Positions 39,567-47,956 of a stretch of 64,000 bases of DNA are shown here, piece by piece (positions within the stretch are counted from its first letter, which is position 1; every line of letters begins with the position of its first letter). Source of the stretch: an uncultured Mycoplasmatota bacterium (lineage in GTDB: Bacteria; Bacillota_I; Bacilli_A; RF39; UBA660); NCBI GenBank assembly GCA_948434005.1, contig CAOJEH010000005.1:23372-87371 (forward strand), given 5' to 3'. Below the pieces are notes generated by a model. That model worked only from the letters and a program-made list of their open reading frames with translations. It was not told the origin of the DNA and did not search any database. The position numbers were made by a program, and so were the translations under genes.

Positions 39567-40501
39567 GAAAGGGTCAGAAATCTAGTAATAAAGGAATTGA
39601 AAACTTTTTATGTCCTTTTACTGATATGTATATTAGCCAAGATAGTGGAGGTGCATATTCACATAAAGGAATAATGGCAAATGATGTTAGAGGAGTTCAA
39701 GCTGGAGTTAGATATCCTTATTATGCTCCATGTACCTGTAAATGTCTTAAAACTTATCCTATTACTGGACAAGTAATGTGGCAATCAGTAAATAAAGTTA
39801 GATTTGCTAATGGAAGAATAGACTACGCAACATTTATAACAGCTCACGATGATACTATGGATGTCAAAATTGGGCAAGTTATTAAACAGGGTAAACAAAT
39901 TGGAAATATGGGTATAAAAGGAAATGCAACAGGCGTACATTGCCATATTCAAGTATCACAATCTAGTGATACTTCTTGGATTAAAAATCAATATGGAAAT
40001 TATCGGTTTAATCACGAGTATGATTTGAATGATTGTTACTTTGTTGATGATACTAATATTATTAAAGGTAATGATAAAAAATGGAGAACCACTAAAGATA
40101 TAACAGTAAAGGAAGTTTCTGTTAATAATATAGAAATAGTTGATCAAATACTTCATGTTGGTTCAAAAGTTAAGTTTGATGGAATTTTCAAAGTAGATAT
40201 ATTGAAAAGCCCATTATCAACAAATTTATTTGGAAATATAAAATTGACCGGTGTTTCGTATGACGAATACTACCACGAATCAGCAAAAGCATATCATTGG
40301 ATACCATTAGATGATTTTACAGAAGTAGATAAATATGGTTCTTCTAAAAATCAGGATGATATTGTAGTGGGTGGGAAGAGTTATGTTATTAACAAAAATA
40401 TTTATACAGTAAAGAAAATAGATGTAAAAACAAATTCTGCTCAATTAGAATTAAATGGTCGAGATATTTGGGTATATAGTACCTATTTGTATGAGGTATG
40501 A
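39563..40501 (+). CDS. M23 (LytM-type) peptidoglycan endopeptidase with a C-terminal SH3-like wall-binding region (endolysin-like)
   Basis: ATG 39563 follows GACGGAG and overlaps the holin stop. M23 metal motifs are present (YSHKGIMANDV; GNMGIKGNATGVHCHIQV, equivalent to G.tG.HLH). There is no signal peptide. The ORF-track start at 39479 lies inside the holin gene. Confidence 0.7.
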   Translation: MRKGQKSSNKGIENFLCPFTDMYISQDSGGAYSHKGIMANDVRGVQAGVRYPYYAPCTCKCLKTYPITGQVMWQSVNKVRFANGRIDYATFITAHDDTMDVKIGQVIKQGKQIGNMGIKGNATGVHCHIQVSQSSDTSWIKNQYGNYRFNHEYDLNDCYFVDDTNIIKGNDKKWRTTKDITVKEVSVNNIEIVDQILHVGSKVKFDGIFKVDILKSPLSTNLFGNIKLTGVSYDEYYHESAKAYHWIPLDDFTEVDKYGSSKNQDDIVVGGKSYVINKNIYTVKKIDVKTNSAQLELNGRDIWVYSTYLYEV

Positions 40502-40542
40502 TATTATGGATTTTTAAAGATTAATAACAATGAATAAAAATT

Positions 40543-40563
40543 AGGCTAAATTTAGCCTTTTTT
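40543..40563 (+). terminator. Terminator after the endolysin-like gene
   Basis: Perfect hairpin aggcta-aatt-tagcct followed by ttttt. Confidence 0.75.
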
Positions 40564-40582
40564 AGTTTTTTTAATACAAAAT

Positions 40583-40599
40583 GGTACATCATACGTACT
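40583..40599 (+). promoter_or_regulatory. Extra copy of the GTAC-N7-GTAC box
   Basis: GGTACATCATACGTACT differs from the box at 38881-38897 by a single base. Confidence 0.55.
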
Positions 40600-40670
40600 A
40601 TTTTGGTCTAACTTTTATAAAGAAAGAACCATATTTCGATTAAAATCCTTATAACTAAAGGAAAAATAAT

Positions 40671-40757
40671 AGTACATTCAGTATACTGTTAAATTCTTTT
40701 TTACTATGAGAAATTACTCTTAGAAAGTGAGATGGTGAGTATGGTTTGAGTAATTTA
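40671..40757 (+). promoter_or_regulatory. Conserved upstream module, copy B (precedes the collar-RHS unit)
   Basis: AGTACATTCAGTATACTG ... TACTATGAGAAATTACTC ... GAGTATGGTTTGAGTAATTTA aligns colinearly with 38881-38967. Confidence 0.6.
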
Positions 40758-40830
40758 ACGGTATATACATGCTTAACAATATTTTATAAAAGGTTATATA
40801 AAAATTTAAAAGAAAAGAGGAGAAATAAAA

Positions 40831-41394
40831 ATGAATGAATATATAACAGATGCCTTTACAAGAGAAGGCAATAATACAAATTTAGAGGTAAATAATTTAA
40901 ATGTAGGATGTATAACATCTACAAATAATAAGTTTGAACTAGATAGTAATGGTAATCTTACTGTACAAGGTTTAACTGTTCAAAATCAAAATATTGATAC
41001 TATCACTATGAGAGACTTTATATATCCAGTAGGATCTATTTATATGTCTGTAAATGGGACTAATCCAAGTACATTATTTGGTGGCACATGGGAGCAATTG
41101 AAGGATAGGTTTTTATTAGGTTGCGGTGATACATATCAAAATGGCACAACAGGAGGAGAGGCAACACATAAATTAACAACAGAAGAATTAGCATCACATA
41201 GTCATAGTTACTATAGGTATTCAACAACTACAGCAGCTACTGCATCTGGTCAAGGTCAAATATTAGATGCCAATAAAAGATGGTCTGCAGCAGCTGGTAG
41301 TAATACAAATTTAATATTTAATTCTGGTGGGGACCAACCACATAATAATATGCCTCCATATTTAGTAGTTTATATGTGGAAAAGAGTTAGTTAG
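40831..41394 (+). CDS. Phage tail-fibre / tail-collar-domain-like protein
   Basis: YPVGSIYMS...PSTLFGGTWEQLKDRFLLGCG...GTTGGEATHKLTTEELASHSHS...GGDQPHNNMPPYLVVYMWKR matches the collar/receptor-binding tip pattern of Firmicute phage tail fibres. The N-terminus is fibre-like (NLEVNNLNVG...LTVQGLTV). Confidence 0.65.
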   Translation: MNEYITDAFTREGNNTNLEVNNLNVGCITSTNNKFELDSNGNLTVQGLTVQNQNIDTITMRDFIYPVGSIYMSVNGTNPSTLFGGTWEQLKDRFLLGCGDTYQNGTTGGEATHKLTTEELASHSHSYYRYSTTTAATASGQGQILDANKRWSAAAGSNTNLIFNSGGDQPHNNMPPYLVVYMWKRVS

Positions 41395-41409
41395 GAGGAA
41401 TTCTAAAAA

Positions 41410-44400
41410 ATGAAAGAAATTGAATTAATAGAAAAAAGAAAACCTCGTGAAAAACATTTTTTACAAGAAGATGGTACTATAATAGCTAAAGTTTATAATG
41501 AAGATATTCATTATTTAAAAGATGGTGAATATAAAGAAATTGATAATACTCTAGTAAATAAAGATGGAATAATAAGTAATAAGAGTAATGATTATAAAGT
41601 TGAGTTTAAAGAAAACTTTAAAGAATCATTAATGAAAATGACTAAAGGTAATCACTATATTGACTTTAAAATAAGAGAATCAAAATTAGATAATTTAAGT
41701 ACAGAGAAAAGAAAACTATCTAAAAAAACAAAGAATATTACTTATAATAATATTACCGATGATATTAAAATCGAATATCAAACACTATCAGATAAAGTTA
41801 AAGAAACTATAGTTTTACAAAATGCAAATTATTCAGAATTAAGTTTTGAATTAGATACTAATTTAAGTTTGACAGAAGAAAATGGAGAAATTATATCAAA
41901 AGATATAAATGGGAATATAATTTTTAGAATTGAGAAACCATTTATGATAGATTCAAATGATATTAGGAATGATGATATTCATTACTCATTAAAAAGTTTT
42001 GATGATGGATATATTTTGACCCTAATTTTAGATGATGAATGGCTTAATTCTGAAGAAAGGGTATTCCCAGTATATGTTGATCCAACTATTACTAATAATA
42101 GTCAAAGTATAAGTTTATATGATACGTATATTTATCCAGGTGATACTAATGATACAAGAAGCAATAAACCTTATTTAAAAGCAGGTGTAGAAAAGGTTAA
42201 TGGAGTGGATAGAATTAATAGAACACTAATTAAATTTGATTTACCTGAGATAGGGACTGGGAGTGAAATAATATATGCTGAATTGGCTTTTATTGGATAT
42301 CCATCAACAATTAATTCATCAAATGTAAACTCAAAACTTGTAACTGTTCATAAAGTTACAAAAGATTGGAATGAGGATACTGCTAATTGGAATGAGATGA
42401 ATGATAGCTATGAAAAAAAGGTAGAAGCAATATTTGAGTGTTGGAGAAGCCAGATTTCTGGATCAGTTATTACACCTGTATTAGTAGGTGGTGGAATCAC
42501 TAATTTAGTAAAAAAATGGTATAAGGATACTCCTAATTATGGTCTTCTTATAAAATCTGTTGATGAAATATATACTGATTCGGACTATCCAGCATTCTTT
42601 TCTAAAAATAACACAATGTCAGAAAATCCTAAACCATGTTTTACTATATGTTATAGAAATCAAAATGGAATTGAACCTTATTTAAATTATAATGAGCAGT
42701 CTTTTTCTTCTGGAAAAACTTGTATTAATACATATAATGGAAATTTAACAGGTATTTTTGATATAGGTAAAACTAATGGGGGAAAACTTCCTATAAATTT
42801 ACAGCTAATATATAATACTAATGATGTAGTATTAAATAAGAATATTGGTTTTGGAAAAGGCTATAAATTAAATTATTATCAAACTATTAAAAAAGTTGAT
42901 ATATATGATGCAGAGTATTTAGAGTATGAAGATGAGGATGGGACACTTCATTATTTTCAAAAAAAACAAAAGTATTTTCCAATTGCTGATTGTGAAGATA
43001 ACATATATTTAGATGAGGATGGATTAGGTTTAGAAATAACAGAATTCAATAATAATTTAAATATGACAGATAAAAATGGTAATAAAATGATATTTGAAAG
43101 GAATGATGAAGTTTATTATCTTACAAAAATAATTGATGCTGATGAAAATTGTGTTATCATAGCTTATAGTAATAATAAAATCTCAAAAATCAAAGATCAA
43201 AGTAATCAAGAAATAAGCATTATATATAATAGCAATACAATTAATATAGTAACGCCAGAAGATGAAATTGTAGTAAATTATAGTGATAATAAACCAATAT
43301 CAATTCAAAGTATTAATGGAATACTATATATTGAATATAATGAAAATAATATTATTTCTAGTATTGAGGATATAACGAAAATAAAAATGAAATATTTTTA
43401 CTATCCAAAAAAACCATATAAAATTAAAAGTGTTCAACAATATGGTGTTAATAATACTATAGGGAAAACAATAGATTTGGAATATGGTTTTAAATCCACT
43501 ACCTTAAAAGATGATAAGAATAGATGCGAAACACTTATATTTAATGATGATGGAAATTTACTTTCTAAAAATAATTTGGAGGAAATTGATAGTATTGATA
43601 ATGCATATTCATTATCATTAGAATATGGTAAGTATGATTTTGGTATTACTAACAAAATAATATCTAGTTCAATTCCAACAAAATATATAAAGAATTATTT
43701 AAAAAATACAAGTTTTGAAACTGATGAAACAAATTTTTTAGTAGATGGTGAAATGTTAACTAAAAGCTTTTCAAGTGATATTGCTTATAGTGGAAAACGC
43801 TCGTTAAAGGTTGAATCTCAACATGCAGGTCAATCATTAACCCAATTAATATCTGTAAAAAAAGGAGAATATTATACATTTAGTGGTTATTTTAAAAATA
43901 GTGATCCATTTGTAATCTCTTTAAGTTATATTGATGAAAATGGTTCAAAGGTATTCAGTGAACAAACAGTAGAAACTTCTGATAAATTTGCTAGAAATGA
44001 TGTTACTATTTATTATAGTGATACTGCAACAAGTGATTTAAAAATATCTATAGAATTTATTTCTACTAATTTAACTTATATTGATGATATTCAACTTGAA
44101 GAGGGTGAAGTTGCAAATGCCTATAATCTAATAGAAAATTCTGATTTTTCGAGTGGTATTGCAGATTGGGAATTAACAGCAATAAATGAAAAAGGTGAAT
44201 ATGTATCTCCTAATCAATTTTTTGAATTAGTAAAATTTAATAATAATAAAAACACAGCATTAAAAGTTAAAATGGATCCTTCATACACTACTCGTTTTGA
44301 AAAAAAGTTTCCTATAAGTGGAGAATATGGAGATTTATATACGGTTTCTTTTTGGTATAAAAATGAGGGTGTAGAGGAATGCAGACAATATTCGGGTAAT

Positions 44401-47400
44401 AAGGTTGCAATTTATTACGAAGAAGGTGAGAATCAGGAGGGTCACTGTCCATTTTCAAGTCTGAATTTTGATAGAAATGAAAAATGGCAATTTTATAGTT
44501 ATAGAGTTAGATCACTGGAAGATTTTAAATCAATTAGATTAGTTTTTTCACAAAATACTCAAGCTAATGATTTTTACATAACAAATATTTCATTTTACAG
44601 AGAACCTACGAGTGGAGATTTTCAATATGATGAAAATGGTAATCTAGTTTCTATCACAAATCAATCAAAAGAAAAATATACTTTCAATTATGATAAGAAA
44701 AATCAATTGATTGAAACAAAAAGTGCATCAGGTGAGAGTATAAAATATGAATATGATAATGAGAAGCAGGATAGAGTATTAAGTTCAATGTCGGAAACAG
44801 GTATTGTTACTAAAATAGAATATGATAATTTTGGTAATGAAATAATGAAGTCTATAAAGAAATGCTATGTAAACGAGATTAAAAATGGAAATTATAGAAT
44901 TAGATGTAAAGGAACAAATAAATATTTAAAAGCAGAATTAAACTATGTTATGGCAGAAAAAGACTTGTGCAGTAATACTATTTGGGTAATTGAAAAGGAA
45001 AATGAAAAATTGATAATTAAATATTCAATTAATCCATCTTACTCAATTACATATGATAATGATAATATTTCACTATTAGAAAGTAATATTAATAATTCCT
45101 TTAGTTTTGAAGTAAATAGTGATGGAAGTATTTATATTTTTGTTGATAATGGAGAAGAAAGAAAATATTTAAAAGAAAGCGAAGGTAATATTATATTAGC
45201 TAGTACTAATGATAAAAATGAATCATGTAAGTTTTATATAGAGGACATTAGTGATATATTTTTAGAATCTAAAATTACATATACTAATGATGGTAAATAT
45301 ATATCAAGTATAACTAATGATAATAATCATACGACATTATATGAAACTAATCCAACAAAGGGACTGGTTACTTCAATTACCAATCCCAATGGTGTAAAAA
45401 CAGAGTATGATTATAATACTAAAAATCAAGTTTCATCAATAACTACAAAAGAAAAATCTGTTAACTATTCGTATAATACAGAAAATCTATTGTCAAGTAT
45501 TAGTTTAGGAAATAAAACTTATAATATTGAATATGATGATTTTCAAAATATTAAATCTATGAAAATAGGTAATTCTATAAAATTATTTGAAAAAATTTAT
45601 GAACTACAAAATGGAAATTTACTTAAAAATGTTTATGGTAATGATGATATTGTAATGTATGAATATGATAGATTTGATAGAAAAACAAAAATTATTAAAC
45701 AAAATGATACTTATGAAATAAAGTATGATAATAATGGAAGAGTTGCTAAAATCTTATCAAATGATAGAATTATTAAAAATAATTTTGATATTAGCGGAAG
45801 ACTATTTGAACATACAAATAATAATTTTAAAGTTAATTATACTTATGATTCTGAAAATAATATTATTAAAAAAATATACAAGTTAAATAATCGAAGAAAT
45901 ATTATAGAAAATACTATTAGTAATGAAAAATTGATAGAAAAATTTTCTGTAAACAATGATTTCGTTAATTATCAGTATGATGATTTAACTAGACTTATCG
46001 GAAAGACTATTAATAATAATTATAATATTTCATATAGATATAAAAATTATGGAAAAAAATCGACAATGTTAGTAGAGAGTATAAAAAATGGAGACGACGA
46101 ATATTCATATGAATATGATAGTCTTGATAATATAACACATATATATCATAATAATGAAATATTAAAAAAGTATGATTACAATGATTATAATGAATTAGTC
46201 TCAGAAGAGGATTATTTTGAAAATCAAAAAATCATATATAGTTATGATTTGTATGGAAATATTTTATCAAAAGTTAGAAAGACTTTAATTGATAATGAGA
46301 TTACATCTACAAATAGCTACGAATATGGTAATAATAATTGGAAAGATTTATTAACTAAGTATGATAATAAAGAAATAACATATGATGAAATAGGGAATCC
46401 TTTATCAATAGGAGAATTTATAAATCTTTCATGGATGAATGGTAAAGAATTAGTATCATATACAGATTCATCTAAACAATTGAATATTTCTTATAAATAT
46501 AATGAAGATGGCCTTAGGACAAGCAAAACAATAAATGGTATTAAAACTAACTACTATTTAGAAGGATCACAAATAGTTTTAGAAGAAAAAGATAATAATA
46601 TTAAACTATTTGTTAGAGACGAAACTGGGTTGATTGGTTTTAAATATAATAATAAAATGTATTATTATGTTAAAAATATTCAAGATGATATAATTGGTAT
46701 TTTAGATACAAATTATGAACAAATAGTAAAGTATTGTTATGATTCTTGGGGAAATATAACAAATATTATAGATAATAGTGATGAAAATATAGGATTAGAA
46801 AATCCGTATAGATATCGTTCTTATTATTATGATAATGAGACTGAATTATACTATTTAAATATGAGGTATTATAATTCGAAATGGGGAAGATTTATTAATG
46901 CAGATGAGATAGTAGGTGCAAGTGATACTCATACAGGTTATAATTTGTTTACATATGTTGGAAATAATCCAGTTAATAATATAGACGTTTCTGGAAGATT
47001 TTTAGGAAAATTAACAAAAACAATAAAAAAAGTTGCAAAAAAGGTTATAAACAAGATAACTAATGCAGTGTCAAAACCTAAAAAAACAAAATCATCTAGT
47101 AGTAAAAATGCATCCACTTCAATTAAAAAGACTTCATCTACAAAATCCAAATCTTCAAGTAAAAAAAGTGGTACTTTTGTAGCTGAATTTGGTGCTGGTT
47201 TTGGTGGATCAGTAAACATAGACTCTGTTGGTATTGGCGCATATCAAGATAAAACATTTGGATATAGTTTTCGAGATGGAGGATATTCAAATATCTCTGG
47301 TAATGGTTCAATTGGAATTGGTATTATAGGTGGTGGATTTAGCTATACACATGAATATCCATTTGATAAGGATGATTCAGGCCCATTACATAGCTCTTCA

Positions 47401-47556
47401 AGTCTTAATATCATTGATTGTGATAGAACAGAGCATGGTTGGAACTTTAAATTTTTAATATTTAGTTTTAATGATGATGGTAGTGGATTTGTTGGTATAG
47501 ATGCGGATATACATATAGCTCTTGGTGGCCATATCAAAATTGGTTTTGAATGGTAA
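41410..47556 (+). CDS. Giant DNRLRE-domain / RHS (YD-repeat) polymorphic toxin with an unassigned C-terminal domain
   Basis: 2048 aa with no N-terminal signal peptide. A DNRLRE-type domain starts around aa 224 (VYVDP...LIKFDL...VHKVTKDWNEDTANWN). Two carbohydrate-binding-like modules lie at about nt 43690-44610. There are many YD repeats (YDxxGN/YxYD). The RHS core is NPYRYRSYYYDNETELYYLNMRYYNSKWGRFINAD ... GNNPVNNIDVSGR, followed by a 185-aa tail. Confidence 0.85.
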   Translation: MKEIELIEKRKPREKHFLQEDGTIIAKVYNEDIHYLKDGEYKEIDNTLVNKDGIISNKSNDYKVEFKENFKESLMKMTKGNHYIDFKIRESKLDNLSTEKRKLSKKTKNITYNNITDDIKIEYQTLSDKVKETIVLQNANYSELSFELDTNLSLTEENGEIISKDINGNIIFRIEKPFMIDSNDIRNDDIHYSLKSFDDGYILTLILDDEWLNSEERVFPVYVDPTITNNSQSISLYDTYIYPGDTNDTRSNKPYLKAGVEKVNGVDRINRTLIKFDLPEIGTGSEIIYAELAFIGYPSTINSSNVNSKLVTVHKVTKDWNEDTANWNEMNDSYEKKVEAIFECWRSQISGSVITPVLVGGGITNLVKKWYKDTPNYGLLIKSVDEIYTDSDYPAFFSKNNTMSENPKPCFTICYRNQNGIEPYLNYNEQSFSSGKTCINTYNGNLTGIFDIGKTNGGKLPINLQLIYNTNDVVLNKNIGFGKGYKLNYYQTIKKVDIYDAEYLEYEDEDGTLHYFQKKQKYFPIADCEDNIYLDEDGLGLEITEFNNNLNMTDKNGNKMIFERNDEVYYLTKIIDADENCVIIAYSNNKISKIKDQSNQEISIIYNSNTINIVTPEDEIVVNYSDNKPISIQSINGILYIEYNENNIISSIEDITKIKMKYFYYPKKPYKIKSVQQYGVNNTIGKTIDLEYGFKSTTLKDDKNRCETLIFNDDGNLLSKNNLEEIDSIDNAYSLSLEYGKYDFGITNKIISSSIPTKYIKNYLKNTSFETDETNFLVDGEMLTKSFSSDIAYSGKRSLKVESQHAGQSLTQLISVKKGEYYTFSGYFKNSDPFVISLSYIDENGSKVFSEQTVETSDKFARNDVTIYYSDTATSDLKISIEFISTNLTYIDDIQLEEGEVANAYNLIENSDFSSGIADWELTAINEKGEYVSPNQFFELVKFNNNKNTALKVKMDPSYTTRFEKKFPISGEYGDLYTVSFWYKNEGVEECRQYSGNKVAIYYEEGENQEGHCPFSSLNFDRNEKWQFYSYRVRSLEDFKSIRLVFSQNTQANDFYITNISFYREPTSGDFQYDENGNLVSITNQSKEKYTFNYDKKNQLIETKSASGESIKYEYDNEKQDRVLSSMSETGIVTKIEYDNFGNEIMKSIKKCYVNEIKNGNYRIRCKGTNKYLKAELNYVMAEKDLCSNTIWVIEKENEKLIIKYSINPSYSITYDNDNISLLESNINNSFSFEVNSDGSIYIFVDNGEERKYLKESEGNIILASTNDKNESCKFYIEDISDIFLESKITYTNDGKYISSITNDNNHTTLYETNPTKGLVTSITNPNGVKTEYDYNTKNQVSSITTKEKSVNYSYNTENLLSSISLGNKTYNIEYDDFQNIKSMKIGNSIKLFEKIYELQNGNLLKNVYGNDDIVMYEYDRFDRKTKIIKQNDTYEIKYDNNGRVAKILSNDRIIKNNFDISGRLFEHTNNNFKVNYTYDSENNIIKKIYKLNNRRNIIENTISNEKLIEKFSVNNDFVNYQYDDLTRLIGKTINNNYNISYRYKNYGKKSTMLVESIKNGDDEYSYEYDSLDNITHIYHNNEILKKYDYNDYNELVSEEDYFENQKIIYSYDLYGNILSKVRKTLIDNEITSTNSYEYGNNNWKDLLTKYDNKEITYDEIGNPLSIGEFINLSWMNGKELVSYTDSSKQLNISYKYNEDGLRTSKTINGIKTNYYLEGSQIVLEEKDNNIKLFVRDETGLIGFKYNNKMYYYVKNIQDDIIGILDTNYEQIVKYCYDSWGNITNIIDNSDENIGLENPYRYRSYYYDNETELYYLNMRYYNSKWGRFINADEIVGASDTHTGYNLFTYVGNNPVNNIDVSGRFLGKLTKTIKKVAKKVINKITNAVSKPKKTKSSSSKNASTSIKKTSSTKSKSSSKKSGTFVAEFGAGFGGSVNIDSVGIGAYQDKTFGYSFRDGGYSNISGNGSIGIGIIGGGFSYTHEYPFDKDDSGPLHSSSSLNIIDCDRTEHGWNFKFLIFSFNDDGSGFVGIDADIHIALGGHIKIGFEW

Positions 47557-47566
47557 AGTAATAAAA

Positions 47567-47593
47567 GGGGGGAATTTTATAATCCTCCTTTTT
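47567..47593. terminator. Bidirectional terminator between the RHS gene and the convergent membrane-protein gene
   Basis: ggggggaatt / aatcctcc hairpin (one mismatch, one G-U pair), with an A-run before and a T-run after. Confidence 0.6.
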
Positions 47594-47635
47594 ATGCAAT
47601 GAATTTATACTACATTATATAAAATATTTATTATT

Positions 47636-47956
47636 TTATTCTTTTTTTTCTACGTTAACAAAATATTGATATTTTGTTTTTTTTCCATAATTATTTTCAA
47701 TAACAAAAGTTATTCTCTTTTCTCCGGGGGTTGTTGTATCAAGTTTTTTCGGTTTTGATATTACCTTTCCATACTTTATATTTTTTATATAAGATATATC
47801 TGTTCTATCTTCATATTGAGTAGCTTCCAAATTATTAAGTGATACAATTGGTCGTGTATGAAAAATATTAAGAAAATATATCCAAAATGTTATATATCCG
47901 ATTATACCTGAAACTGAGGATAGTATACCAAAACTAATTAAAACTTTTCTTTTCAA
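47636..47956 (-). CDS. Signal-anchored small membrane protein with a beta-rich ectodomain
   Basis: The best start is TTG 47956 (MKRKVLISFGILSSVSGIIGYITFWIYFL), preceded by GAGGTGAT. The ORF-track ATG at 47995 has no RBS. The C-terminal roughly 70 aa (TTPGEKRITFVIENNYGKKTKYQYFVNV) looks like a small beta-sandwich. Confidence 0.55.
   Translation of the reverse strand: MKRKVLISFGILSSVSGIIGYITFWIYFLNIFHTRPIVSLNNLEATQYEDRTDISYIKNIKYGKVISKPKKLDTTTPGEKRITFVIENNYGKKTKYQYFVNVEKKE

Noticed and set aside
41410-41700. I considered whether the RHS protein is a T7SS (LXG/WXG) or Sec substrate.
   Set aside because: The N-terminus (MKEIELIEKRKPREKHFLQEDG...) is hydrophilic, with no signal peptide and no LXG-like helical motif that I recognise. 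No EssC- or EsxA-like genes are in the window. I cannot exclude a secretion system encoded elsewhere in the genome.
47000-47172. I considered whether the A-rich, repetitive-looking DNA (aaa/tca/agt runs) near the end of the RHS gene is a tandem repeat or slippage tract.
   Set aside because: It is in frame and encodes the Lys/Ser-rich linker. I found no exact repeat unit of fixed period, so I treat it as low-complexity coding sequence rather than a DNA repeat element.
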